Shown: positions 1 through 12,709 of the stretch, piece by piece
How the letters are laid out: the number at the start of each line of letters is the position of its first letter
Numbering within the stretch: position 1 is the stretch's first letter
Origin: Octopus bimaculoides
Taxonomy: Eukaryota
DNA length: 64,000 bases
Direction: 5' to 3'
NCBI RefSeq assembly: GCF_001194135.2
Contig: NC_068987.1
Coordinates: forward strand, 90,315,470 to 90,379,469
Notes under the pieces: generated by a model
Seen by the model: the letters and a program-made list of their open reading frames with translations, nothing else
The model's database searches: none
Told to the model about the DNA's origin: nothing
Program-made: the position numbers and the translations under genes

Positions 1-291
1 GCTACAAAGTCTGCGTAGACGGAGGAATTGGGAATAGGGGATGGAAAGTTTTGTGTGTCTAGGGTGGGAGGAGGAGAAGTTGAGATAGGAGTGTGAGTCT
101 GTGTGTTTGTAGTGGATGGAGGTGCTAAGGGCGGAGTGGAGGATGCTGACCGAAATGTCGAGAAAGGGGACAGAGGTGTCAGAGACAGTACAGGAGAAGT
201 GGAGGGCAGGATGGAAAGATTGAACGAAAGAGAGGAACGAGTCAAGATGTTCGCGGGAGAGAGAGGTGGCACCGATACAGTCGTCGATATA
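1..291 (-). mobile_element. Penelope-like element reverse transcriptase fragment (open frame, runs off the window edge)
   Basis: My translation of the minus strand from 291 gives 97 codons with no stop: YIDDCIGATSLSREHLDSFLSFVQSFHPALHFSCTVSDTSVPFLDISVSILHSALSTSIHYKHTDSHSYLNFSSSHPRHTKLSIPYSQFLRLRRLCS. YIDD, FHP, PFLD, YKxTDSHSYL and SIPYSQFLRLRR are typical PLE RT/thumb motifs. Absent from the ORF track (no start codon). Confidence 0.9.
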
Positions 292-1030
292 CTTAATTCA
301 TCAACCCTGAAAGGATGAAAGGCAAAGTTGACTTCAGCGGAATTTGAATTCAGAATGTTGCGATGGGTAAATACTGCAAAACATTTCGTCCAGCATGCTA
401 ATGATTCTGCCAGCTGACTGCCTTAATAATGATGATGATAATAATTCTTTCTACAGGAAGCACAAAGCCTCAAAGGGACTGAGTCAATTACATCAACTCC
501 AGTGTATAACTGGTACTTAATTTGTGGACCCCGAAAAGATGAAAAGCAAAGTTGACCCTAATGGCATTTGAACTCAGAACGTGAAGACAGATGAAATGCC
601 ACTAAGTATTTCACCCGGTGTGCTAACGGTTCTGCCAGCTCACCACCTATTCAATAATAATAATAATAATCATAACAACTCTTTATATTATAGTTTACAA
701 GACCTGAAAATTGGTGGGAGGAGACTAGTCAATTAGACTGACCTCAGTGCGTAACTGGTATTTATAGTATTGTCTGCTTTCCCTGCCCATCAAAAATAAT
801 AACGATAACATTGGTTTCATATTTTGGCACAAGGCCAGCAATTTCTGGGCAGGGAGTAAGTCAATTATATTAACCCCTGTGCTCAACTGGCACATTTTCT
901 ATCAACCCTGAAAGGATGAAAGGCAAAGTGAACCTCAATGGAATTTGAACTCAGAATGTAAACACGGACAAAATGCTGTTAAGCATTTTGTATGGCATGC
1001 TAATGATTCTTCCAGCTCACCACCTTAATA
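292..1030 (-). mobile_element. Cluster of 3-4 head-to-tail copies of tRNA-derived SINE family B
   Basis: The block CCCTGAAAGGATGAAAGGCAAAGT(T/G)(G/A)AC...GAATTTGAACTCAGAA...TTCTGCCAGCT recurs at about 305-420, 530-640 and 906-1020. Copies are separated by (AAT)n runs. B-box-like GAGTTCAAAT on the minus strand. Confidence 0.8.
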
Positions 1031-1129
1031 ACGACAACAATAATATTAACAGAGACACTTATAGAAAAGTGAAGCTTAAAAAATTATCAGTGAAGTTCCA
1101 GACATGTTTGTTGTTATTGGAAAAAAACT

Positions 1130-1670
1130 GAAACTGGGACAAGTGACCAAAACCTTTGGAGATATGCTGCGCTTGAGAAGACAAGGCAAGCCAAGTGAGA
1201 CTGTAACCATGGCCTATACCAGTGTTGTATGACCGGCCCATTTAAGAGTATCCTTCAATCATTAGGCAATAAGCTGTGCTTGTGAAGACCTGTTGAGGCA
1301 AGTGAAGCCATTGTCATGGCTGATGACAGTACCGCCTGATTGGCACCCGTGCCAATGTCACCTAAAAGGCACTATTCAAGCATGGTTAATGCCAGTGCCA
1401 CCTGACTGGTCATGTGCTGGTGGCACGTAAAAAACCACCATTTAAGCATGATCAATGCCAGTACCACCTGAGTGGCCCTCGTGCTGGTGGCATGTAAAAG
1501 CACCCACTACACTCTCGGAGTGGTTGGCATCAGGAAGGGCATCCAGCTGTAGAAACTTTGCCAGATCAGATTGGAGCTTGGTGCAGCCTTCTGGCTTGCC
1601 AGTCCTCAGTCAAACTGTCCAACCCACATCAGCATAGAAAGCGGACGTTAAACAATGATGATGATGATGG
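1130..1670 (+). mobile_element. RTE-type LINE 3' UTR fragment with (GAT)n tail
   Basis: Ends in CCACTACACTCTCGGAGTGGTTGGC...AGGAAGGGCATCCAGCTGTAGAAAC...GAAAGCGGACGTTAAAC(A/G)ATGATGATG, the same block that lies downstream of the RTE ORF at 8948-9135. Confidence 0.75.
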
Positions 1671-4600
1671 GCCAAGTTTCACTAAAACTAAAAAATCTAT
1701 AACCATCATTGTTGGTTTTGGTTAATTACAGAACATCGGTGATTGAAATGTTGATGCAATCAACCAAATTTATATCAGAGGCAATGGATTTATGAGATTC
1801 CAGTATATAAGGTATTATGGTTACGTTTACACATATTTGGATTATCTAATAATAAAACAAGAATTAAAGAATCATTTATTACTTACAGGACATTTTGTAC
1901 ATACATAATTTAGTTACGTTCCAAGCAATCTGTGAATCAGTATTGACTTTTATTTGACTTTTCCCGCTGAGGTCTATTACGTTCCTTTGATATTGTTCAA
2001 TTATCTGAGCAGAGCCAGATTTATGTCTCAACAATCACTTTCACACATTTTGAATGATTCATCGATAACAGTGTCGTTTGAATTAAGAGAAATTTAATGG
2101 AGTCAGTCAAATGTAGGATTCAATAAAATCAAAAAAATATAGTGATTGTCCCTTACAAGATTCAAAAAGATTTTTCTTTTTTTTTGTAATAAATTTTATC
2201 CACAATGACGATCTGTTTATTAAAGAACATTACTGCACAATTGAAAATAAAATAAAAATATACTGGAATCCGAACTTCAGTAGTCTAAGTTATTGACACC
2301 TGTTTGACATCAGCTTCAATGAAGTGCTGACGACTGTCATACATTGTAACTCATCAGTTATAGAGTTTCCAAAATCATTTTATTCATTCAAAAACACCCA
2401 ATAAATTATGAAAGAATATGGGAATGAAGATAAAACTTGGAGAAATGATTTTAATGATATATCTGTAGAAAGAAGCAACATGAAGTAGATGAGAGAGACA
2501 AAAGACAAAGATAAAACTAAATAAATTGCAGTGTTAAAAAAAACTATCTCACAGTGGATTAGTTTTTTGTTTGTTTGTTTCTATCTTTTTTTTTGGGGGG
2601 GGGGGCTTTTTTTGTAGTTGAAATCTTCAATAATAAAAGGACTTTCAAAACCATGCTTTGATAAAAAAAAGACAAACTAAAATTGGAATTTTTAAGAATT
2701 TTCTAGATGGTATACATTTTAACATTTGCTTTGTTTTAGTAAAAGTTACATACTTCTAACTAACTGATAAGCAGCTTTCTTCATTGTCATAGAGATTGAT
2801 GTCAAATCAATGTCCAGTTTTCTGCTATATTTTGTTGATTTTTTTTAAGAAACAAAATAGGGAAACAATCTTATACAAGTGATCAATCAATTTTACATAT
2901 TTGAAACTAAATGGGTTAGTGCTTGAAAGGTTATACAAATAACCAAATTATTTAGTATAGATTTAAGTGAAACTGACTGCATTCATATTTCTCTTTCACC
3001 AAAGATTGAATCTTTGGACTGTTTTGTGCAATATTTATGGCAAATACACAATGTTAACTCTCAAGAGACTTCCTTTAACAGAAGTTTGGTCTTTTAAGGT
3101 AAAACAATTTACTTGTATTAAAATATGATTACTTTGCTACAGAGGTGTTAACCATCTTAACCTTTCCAAATGGAATAACCAAACAAATTAGGAGCCGGCA
3201 AAGCAGCTGCTAAAAATATCAATAATTAATTTGGAAGTTTTAGAGAAGAGCGAAACATTTACATATTTTCTCAAAACTAAAGATGAACAGCTTGAAATCC
3301 ACTTCAAATCAAATCAAACTAAGTAGTTAACTTCTTTGGAATAAACGGTTGAAATTTAGTTGTTTTAGAGGAGGAAATTTCCTGCTGAGAAACTTGCATC
3401 CCTTTTGTTTCAAATTACAGGTTTTTCCATATTATGAGCAAAGAAAATCAGGGCTGGAATGAAACTTTATATTCTCCCCGCTCTGAGTACTCCAACATAT
3501 GCTTCATGGCTGCACAATATGGAAAATGTTAAAAATGATTAAGTTTATAAAAGTTTAAAAAAATAGATTGTATAGCAAGCATTTGCTCTGTAAGACTACA
3601 CGCCAGCTACAACTACACTGAGTAATTTCCTTTCCAGGAAATTATAGATTGAATAAGTTAACGAAAAATTGCTAAAGTCATTAAGAACGTTTAGTGTTTA
3701 AATCTTTTCACTAAGTCTTTATAATTGAAATGTAAGATGAAATCTTCATTACTGCCATCAATTGTGGTTTTAACAGGTTTTCCTAATCTGAAACCATTTA
3801 CAGGGCCTTAGGGCACAACTTTTGCACAATCTCTACCAATCCACAGTTTATATGATACCTTGAAAGGTACAATGGTGGATGGAAGCAACAAACGACTGAA
3901 GAATTATTAGAAAAACTAAACTGGTGGTGAAATTAAAAACGAAATCACTGCTGGCATTGCCGCCTGTAACAGATTTTGGGTAATCAAAATAACAGGTTAG
4001 AACAACACTTTTGAACCCAATCAAAAAGTGAAACTCCAGTTTATTTTTAGATAATTAAATAAACTTCCTGTTTGTAAGAGTTGCTAAGAGCAAACTATGA
4101 AGTTGTTAAAGTATCCAACGTGCACTTAATCTCAATAAAACTGTATCATCTCTTCCTCCACTCTGTTTATAAGCATGGAGCACTGATTATAAGTAATTAT
4201 CTCTTAATTGAGACAATTACCATTATTAACAAATGAGGAAATAACTATTTTCATGAGTCTGTTTATCTAAATGTGAGCACATCAAATCTGTTTGCTCACT
4301 ATTTTGGCACAAAACAGTCTCACACAAACCAATTTGAACTGAGCCCTGATTGTAGAGGCACACTGCGACAGCCCGTCTGTGGGAGACACACTGATGGGCA
4401 ATATATGCATCATCTTAGTCTAGTGATTCCCCAAACCTAGATTCACAATACTGTAGTCATCCATTTAGGGAAGTTATAAAATTATTTAGGTTATGGCAGT
4501 AAGAGATTCATTCCTAACTATGCCAACAATTCAAAATATGTTATGCAATAATTGATCCTAAAAAAGATTAAAAACAAAAAGGTATCACTTATGTATGAAG

Positions 4601-6618
4601 TCACCATAATTGAAAATTAGAAAGAAGCCCCATAGAACAATACAAAAAGAGAGGGGGGGGTGATTGAAAACACTATTATATATAATGAAAATCCACATAA
4701 TTAGAAACCTCACTGGTGGTTCATGACCACTAACTAGAAACTAGAGAAGCCATGATGGCTTAGCTCGAAGAGAAACAGACTAGAAACATTTAATTCTTCA
4801 ATATCTGTTAACAGAATGTTTTCATTTTTTTCATCTTTTTTATTATTTATTTATTTTCAGTTGAAAATAACCTATTTATAAATAGCAGAAAAAGAATAAT
4901 TTCTTTTCTTATTGATGACAAGCCAGTAAGGGAGTTTCTAACTTCCTTACATCATGAGAGAAAAAGAAAAAATGCACATTCCACAATACAGTCTTAGATA
5001 GAATAAAATGTTGGGGTGGTCACAGTTGGAGCTCTTTTTTACCAGTTAAAGCTGGTTGGGGTTAAACGACTACTACCTTGCTAAAAATAGTAGGCAAGTC
5101 ACCCTCAAATCACACCCTACTTTTTTGGTCTTTGGTAATGCTGTCTGGGAAGTATGTGTGTGGGGTTTAATGTGATGGTAACAGTAGGAACGTCTTTGAT
5201 CAAAGCACACATGATCAGGGATGACCCAGTGGGAGAAATGAGCGTGTCATCCTCCTCAACAACAACATCAACATCAACCTACTGGATCAAATGGATACTA
5301 AATGACATACTCAACTCCCTCCTTACAAAATTGAAAACTGACAAGCATCATGGTGAAGCCCATTTAACACATGAATAAAACCAGTAATATTCCTCAAATT
5401 ATTTTTACAATTTAATCAAACTAATTAACTAATCCTCACCAGACATACTACTATCATTTGTCTATTCTGCAGGAATGGAAAACCTTGTCTTCTTCAACAG
5501 ATTCGTTTTGTCTTTTTTTTTTTTAAAGCAAGTGAATCAGATTTTATTTCTAATTTTAATCTGCTCCAGATTCCCATCCAAGTTTTGCAAAATGATCCAA
5601 TAAAAACCAAGCATTCTCCACAACGGATACCATCGTCTACTAACAGAGGTTAAATTTAATCTCTTTTTAGTACTAGCAGAGCAATTTCATATATGCAAAG
5701 AAGCGGCAGGATATTCCTGCCTGACCAAGCTTAGTCTGCTAAAAGTTGATTGCTACTTTATGATACATATTTGCAGCCATGACTGTATTCCTGATGGTTG
5801 ACAGACCATTTCCAATTTGACGTGTTTGACTATCCTGTCAATATCACTTATAGAATTACAGTGATTGCAAAAGGAATTAATTTTCATGGTTGTTAAATTT
5901 TCAGTTTAGAGCAGACATCAGATGGGTACAATTTCTATTTGAAAGTATACAACATATTCTGACAGTGTTAAGTAGCTTGTATTCATTAATTAAAAAATTG
6001 AAATAAAATTTTTATTCAAACTCATGTAACTTCATCGCCATCCTCATCATTTTACAAGTTTTTCCATTCCGTCATGGATTGGATGGGCTGTTACAATCCA
6101 TATTATCATGCATCACACAGTAAAAACACAACAGAAGCAACATTGGTGCTGCCTGTGTCAGGCTACCGACACTAAAGAGAGTGTCTAAGGTAAGGACTAT
6201 TCTTGCTACCCTTTATCAATTCTTGCTTGGAAACATTGTCCCAGACTGGTAGCTTGCAAGACAACTTTTAGAATCTACATAACATTTAATTTTGAAAATT
6301 AAGAAATATTTTTCATCTTAGATAAAAAAAAAAAATTATATTTTTTCTTTTGTTGGATGGGCTTAAGAAAAAAATATATATAATTTAATAATCAAAAAAA
6401 TAAAGATAGAAAAGTGAATAACAACTTAAAGCAAATAAAATTGAAAATCATCTGGTTTCAAAATTTTTTATGAACCTAATTCTCCTTTCATATTTTAAAC
6501 CTCTCATCACTTGGTATCAAAGCCACCTCCCTCAATTCTACACTCCTTTGGTTCTTGTCTTGTGAGTTACTTGGTGACCTCACTACTGCTAGTTCCATGT
6601 AAAAAGCATCCACTACGT

Positions 6619-6788
6619 CAGTGGTCCCCAACCTGTGGTCTTCAGACCACCAGGGGTCCACAAAGGTAGTACTGGGGTGGGGGGCGTAAACATGTTAAGC
6701 TGAAAGACCTTTCAATATCCTGGGGTCCATAGAAAAACTCATTTAAATAAAAAGAGGTCGTTGGTAGTGAAAAGGTTGGGAACCACTG
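6619..6788. mobile_element. hAT-type MITE nested in an RTE 3' UTR copy
   Basis: TIRs CAGTGGTCCCCAACC / GGTTGGGAACCACTG. The 8-bp flanks CACTACGT and CACTGCAC both resemble the host-repeat word CACTACAC (decayed TSD). The host repeat spans about 6560-6945. Confidence 0.75.
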
Positions 6789-8131
6789 CACTGCACTCAG
6801 TGGTATGGCTGGCATTAGGAAGGGCATCCAACCATAGGACCCATACCAAAGCAGACATTGGTGCTTGTTTCCATCGTCTGGCTCACTAACTCCTGATAAA
6901 CTGTCCAACCCATGGAAAATAGGCGCTAAACAATGATGATGATGACAAAGAGAGTGGACTGGTGCACTCATTAAAGCAACTGATAAAATACCTTACAGTA
7001 CAACATATCTTTACATTCAGAGTTCAAATCTCACAAGAACTGACCATGACTTTCATTCATCTGAGTGGTGGAGATTGATAAAATAAATAACAGAACTGAG
7101 ATTAATTTAATCGACTATACTCGTCTCCAAAATTTCAGGCTTCTTGTACTTATATTCTATATGGCATAATGGTAAATTTCTGTGGAATGAAATAGTATGC
7201 ATTTGGCATGCAAATTTTATAATCCGGTTTTAATTCTCAGCTGCAAGTCATATCTTATATTCGCCATCTGCTAGAATGGTGTGAACATCACACCATCTCA
7301 TTTTCCTCCTGATACATATTGGAGAAACCTTGTATGTATGTCAGAAATCAATATTTTCTATGACAGCAAAATTGGCAAATCAATAGCTTACAAATATTTA
7401 CTTCACTTTTATTTATTTATGTATATTTGTACATATGTATATGTAGGTATATAAATTATAGGTTTCTAAAAAAAAAATTAACATATCTGTGTCGTCTTTA
7501 AAACAAAAATAGATGAAATTTTGAGTATAAATAAAATATAAAACTATGTGTATTTAAAATTTAACTTTTCTAACCTATTTCAAGTGAATCTGATAAATTT
7601 AAGGAGAAAACATTTCATTTATGAGGGAATGCTTTGAGAGAAGGGAGAGGTGGTAGGGAAATGACAAGAGTGAGAGAGAAAAAAAAGAGAGGGAGATTAT
7701 GAAAGAGAAAGAACGAAAGGATGAAAAAGGCAGGAGAAAGAGGAAGAGAAGCAAAAGGTAGAGGGAGGAGGTAAGAGACAGATAGAATGAGGAGATGGAA
7801 AGAGTGGGTTTGCGGGTTTTGTAAAGAAAATCACTTTGAGCAATCATTTTTTGTTTGTTTTTGTGCAAAAAGTCATTAAATATGTGCAACGCCAAAAAGA
7901 AATAAAACCTCAAAATTTGTCATCTTTAAAAAATGTTTTTACAGTACTTAAAGTAATCAAAACTAGAGAAACCAATTGGAATTTTTACAATTAAGAAATA
8001 AGCTGAAACAATGCAGGATATTTTTACTGTTATAAAACAGAAAAACCATTTCTTTTGCTCTGTTCAAAGTTGTATCCTCAAGAAGAGTTTTATTTCATTC
8101 AGAAAAGATAACAAAACACATCCATTTTACA

Positions 8132-9135
8132 CTATGGGCTGTAACTGCTGAGGACATACGTAAGCTCGCAAGGAATGAAGCCAGTATGCTCCGTTGGATG
8201 TGTAATGTCAATGTGAATACCCGTCAGAGTGTAAGTATCTTGAGAGAAAAGCTGAACATTAGAAGCATCAGTTGTGGCGTGCAAGAGAGACGATTGCGCT
8301 GGTATGGACATGTGGTGAGAATGGAGGAGGATAGCTGCGTGAAAAAGTGCCACACCCTAACAGTTGAGGGAACCCGTGGAAGAGGTAGGCCCAGGAAGAC
8401 CTGGGCTGAGGTGGTGAGGCAAGACCTTCGTACATTGGGCCTCACCGAGGCGATGACTACGGACCGAGACCTTTGGAAATGGGCTGTGCGTGAGAAGACC
8501 CNNNNNNNNNNNNNNNNNNNNNNNNNNNNNNNNNNNNNNNNNNNNNNNNNNNNNNNNNNNNNNNNNNNNNNNNNNNNNNNNNNNNNNNNNNNNNNNNNNN
8601 NNNNNNNNNNNNNNNNNNNNNNNNNNNNNNNNNNNNNNNNNNNNNNNNNNNNNNNNNNNNNNNNNNNNNNNNNNNNNNNNNNNNNNNNNNNNNNNNNNNN
8701 NNNNNNNNNNNNNNNNNNNNNNNNNNNNNNNNNNNNNNNNNNNNNNNNNNNNNNNNNNNNNNNNNNNNNNNNNNNNNNNNNNNNNNNNNNNNNNNNNNNN
8801 NNNNNNNNNNNNNNNNNNNNNNNNNNNNNNNNNNNNNNNNNNNNNNNNNNNNNNNNNNNNNNNNNNNNNNNNNNNNNNNNNNNNNNNNNNNNNNNNNNNN
8901 NNNNNNNNNNNNNNNNNNNNNNNNNNNNNNNNNNNNNNNNNNNNNNNGACACGTAAAAGCACCCACTACACTCTCTGAGTGGTTGGCGTTAGGAAGGGCA
9001 TCCAGCTGTAGAAACTCTGCCAAATCAGACTGGAGCCTGGTGTTGCCATCCGGTTTCACCAGTCCTCAGTCAAATCGTCCAACGGCTAGCATGGAAAGCG
9101 GACGTTAAACGATGATGATGATGATGATGATGATG
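8132..9135 (+). mobile_element. 5'-truncated RTE-clade LINE: RT C-terminus, gap, 3' UTR and (GAT)n tail
   Basis: Translation ...ASMLRWMCNV...RRLRWYGHVVRMEEDSCVKK...VEGTRGRGRPRKTWAEVVRQDL is the typical RTE ORF end. N gap 8502-8947. Tail GATGATGAT to about 9135. Confidence 0.9.
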
Positions 9136-9324
9136 ACCATTGCAGATGCACTTTTGTTTTAGGGCAGGCTTGATTGTGAGGGTAAAACACTTGCTTCCCA
9201 ACTATATAGTCATGGGTTCAATCCCACTGTATGGTATCTTGTGCAAATGTCTTCTACTATAAATCTTGGGCTGGCTAAAGCCTTGTGAGTGGATCTCGTG
9301 GATGGAAACTGAAAGAAGCTCATT

Positions 9325-9526
9325 AGATTCTTTTATTATTTGTTTCAGTCATTTGACTATGGCCATGCTGGAGCACCGCCTTTAGTCAAACAAATCAACC
9401 CCAGGACTTATTCTTTGTAAGCCCAGTTCTTATACTATCGGTCTCTTGTGCCGAACTGTTAAGTTACAGGGACGTAAACACACCAACATCGGTTGTCAAG
9501 CGATGGTGGGGGGGGGACAAACACAG

Positions 9527-9561
<35 letters not shown>

Positions 9562-9720
9562 CGATGGGCTTCTTTCAGTTTCCATCTACCAAATCCATTC
9601 ACAAGGCTTTGGTTGGCCCGGGGATATAGTAGAAGATACTTGCCCAAGGTGCCACGCAGTGGGAATGAACCCAGAACCATGTGGTTGGTGAGCAAGCTAC
9701 TTACCACACAGCCACTCCTG
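9325..9720 (-). mobile_element. tRNA-derived SINE family A, near full length
   Basis: Reverse complement of the family consensus: head CAGGAGTGGCTGTGTGGTAAG (A-box-like), GGGTTCA(G/T)TCCC (B-box-like), GGCACCTTGGGCAAGT, central (TA)/(TG) microsatellite, tail GCTCCAGCATGGCCA(C/T)AGTCAAATGACTGAAAC. Confidence 0.85.
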
Positions 9721-10567
9721 GTTTATGTGTATGCATGTGAGACAGTGTGTATGTTCGTATCTTTGTCTTGACATTGTGTGATTGTTGCAAACGAACGACA
9801 TTTCCAATATTCAGCAGAAACGTTTCTAGGCATGAGGAAATATTACTCTGCTTTGAAAACCGGTAAGATTTGACAATAGGATGGGCATCTGACCATAGAA
9901 AATCGGTCTCAATGAACTCAAACTCCTCACTTGCACCCTATCAATTTTGGAGGCCCTCCATAAAGTACTACATCCCTACTTCTGGCTAAACAATGCAAAC
10001 ATCTTTCCCAAATTAAATTCTATCATCTTTAAAAAGGAAGGACACTCTAAGAAAAATATTGAAGATTGGATAATCACTACCAGATTGCCTTTGATGAGGA
10101 CTGTACAGGTTAAAGAAACTTTGACCCTTCTCAATGAATAAAAATTAAAAACAGAATGCCATAGCAACAACAACAACAACAACAACCGATTGAAATCGTT
10201 AGAAAACAACCAAATCAATGAAGTCATATGTTTTCTGAAGAGTCTCAGTTAACTGCTGCTGCAGGTGAAGTAGCATTTGTAGCTCAAGCTGAGCTTTGAG
10301 TAGCCAAGGGAAGTGGTGGTGGTGGGGGGGGGGAGCAGATAAAACTTCTATATTAATAATTGAGTTTACTTAGAATAATATGATATCAAGAAGTGGACTT
10401 CCAAAATAGTGAAAAAAAAAGTTTATTTCCTGAGCACAGGTGGAGAAGTGGAAAACAGAAAAGAAGGAAATGGAGGAAAAAAAAATAAATAAATAAACTG
10501 AGGCTGGAATTAGTTTAAAAAAATAAATAAGCATGATTACATAAGTTTACTAATAGCAGTAAACTTG

Positions 10568-10610
10568 TTAGCTATCTTCAACATCAATTTCCTCAAGAGT
10601 TGTTAGTTGT
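10568..10610 (-). CDS. Candidate terminal coding exon of an unidentified minus-strand gene
   Basis: Acceptor TATTTCTCACCTATCAG. The exon reads TTNNS* (phase 0, matching the 12178 donor) or QLTTLEEIDVEDS* (phase 2). Splice signal only, no homology. Confidence 0.3.
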
Positions 10611-10727
10611 CTGATAGGTGAGAAATACAGACATTCATTGACAGTTACAAAGTGATCATAATGGAAGATATATGTATGAGAAGAAGGTAGTGACAGAGTG
10701 TGTGTATGTGAGAGAGAGAAAGACAGA

Positions 10728-10766
<39 letters not shown>

Positions 10767-11680
10767 AGAGAAAGCATGTGCGAGAGAAAAAGAAAGAGGG
10801 AGAGGGAATGTGTGTGAGAGAGAGAAGGAAAAAAAGTGGTTTGTGGGAATCTCACTTTCAGTGTTAATGACAAGAATGGAAAAGATTTGAAGAATTAAAT
10901 TCCAAAATCAATACAGACACTTTCAGAAAGATCGAATATATTGAATGATACACGATTTTTAAACATTTTATCATTGTAGTAATATTATTGTAATAATTTC
11001 AAGAGATGAATTTCAAGAGTGAAAAAAAAAAAGAAAAAAAAAAGGAATTAAGAGAGATTTTGACAGTTTTAATTTTATAAAATTAGATATCTTCAAGTAG
11101 GAATGACAAAAAAGAAAAATCTATATTTTACAAATCTATAAGATATTCAGTGAAATTAATTTTGGAAAAGAGAAAATAAAATGCTAAATGTTTTGATAAC
11201 CATATTAAAGTCTTCTGGTTCTGAATAATCAAGAGTTAATGGCCAGCTTCATGTGAGGAATCCAAGTTTTATTTGTATGAATTAACTGAATTTTCATGAC
11301 AGCTAGAAATTATGTCAATTTAAAAGCTAAATATGCTACAAGAAGGTAGAATGGTTCACTATAGATGTCCACTATCAGGCAGGTGTTCATAAGCCAAGGT
11401 ACATATACATCAAGGGATAACTAATTGCTCAAGGACACAACATGCCACCAGGAATTGAACTCCCAAACTTATGATCATGAACCGAATACCCCTTACCACT
11501 AAGTCACACACTTTCACATCTCCATCTCTAGGGATACACAAGAGAAATTGAAGTACCAGAGGGTTGTAAAGACCCCAGAAATGAAAAGTAATCAGAACCA
11601 CTAAATGCAACCAATGTACGTCATGTAAACCTGATATACTGTAGGAAATGCCAAAGTCAGTTTTCATAATATTCAATATA

Positions 11681-12082
11681 GGCACAGGAGTGGCTGTGTG
11701 GTAAGAAGCTTGCTTCCCAACCACATGGTCCTGGGTTCAGTCCCACTGCGTGACACCTTGGGATACTACTATAGCCTTGGACCGACCAAAGCCTTGTGAG
11801 TGGATTTGGTAGATGGAAACTGAAAGAAGCCCATCATGTATATGTGTGTGTGTGTGTGCGTGTATGTTTGTGTGTCTGTGTTTGTCCTCCCCACCATCGC
11901 TTGACGACCGATATTGATGTGTTCATGTCCCCGTAATTTAGCGGTTCAGTAAAAGAGACCAATAGAATAAGTACAGGGCTTACAAAGAATAAGTTCTGGG
12001 GTCGATTTGTTCAACTAAAGGCGGTGTTCCAGCATGGCCACAGTCAAATGACTGAAACAAATAAAGAAAAAGAATAAAAGAA
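11681..12082 (+). mobile_element. SINE family A, full length
   Basis: GGCACAGGAGTGGCTGTGTGGTAAGAAG...GGGTTCAGTCCCACTG...(TG)n...CCAGCATGGCCACAGTCAAATGACTGAAACAAATAAAG. Confidence 0.9.
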
Positions 12083-12177
12083 TTATAATCCAGTTTGATT
12101 CACTCACCTTACACTATTTGAGTGTATCACCAGAACTGTGCAGAGCTTTGTTCTTTGAACTAATTGTGTGAACACAC

Positions 12178-12259
12178 CTTCTTATCAGCCTCAACATATC
12201 CAACAATACTTTCAGGTGTCGCTATATTATCTCTAGATGGAGTTATTGAATTATTGTGC
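12178..12259 (-). CDS. Candidate internal exon (82 nt, phase 2 to 0)
   Basis: Acceptor TTTTGTTGATTATTGTCAATAG, donor AAG/GTGTGT. The only open frame is HNNSITPSRDNIATPESIVGYVEADKK. Confidence 0.4.
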
Positions 12260-12709
12260 CTATTGACAATAATCAACAAAATGAGTCTTATCTGGCACTT
12301 GCATGTCACCCATAAGATTACCATGAGAATTGAAAAAAAAAAAAATGAAAGAAACTTCTCACAATTGCTGAAACTATGAGGTTGCCCTGCTTGAAAGATA
12401 TTGCTGATTGCAAGTAAGGCGGCACTGGCAATGATCATGCTCAAATGGTGCTTTTTACGTGCCACCAGCACCGGAGCCATATAATATATAAAATAAAGTT
12501 AATTCCAGAAATCAAAAATACTCCACTAGACATCTTTACTATCCAGTTTGATAAAGACTACAGACATACCGTTTGATACCCAGCTTCTTGTATACACAAG
12601 ATAAATAAAGCATTATGGTTTTAAATCATTCCTATTTTGTCAACTCTTGGAAAGCAAAATGAAAGAAGGCATATGAAGTTGTATTTGGCTTTAAAAAAAA
12701 AAAATCATT

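Noticed and set aside
103-318. ORF-track plus-strand 71-aa ORF
   Set aside because: It is the antisense shadow of the Penelope RT frame.
1732-1811. Plus-strand exon-like segment with an in-frame TGA (NIGD*NVDAINQIYIRGNGF...), tempting as selenocysteine
   Set aside because: No match to any selenoprotein motif I know, no SECIS identified, and another frame gives an ordinary stop-terminated peptide.
8224-9059. Long ORFs spanning N runs (also 17464-18400 and 57909-58691)
   Set aside because: Artefacts of assembly gaps translated as X.
11681-11760. tRNA gene calls at SINE heads
   Set aside because: A/B-box-like motifs are present but there is no cloverleaf, and they continue into SINE bodies; no true tRNA or rRNA gene was seen.
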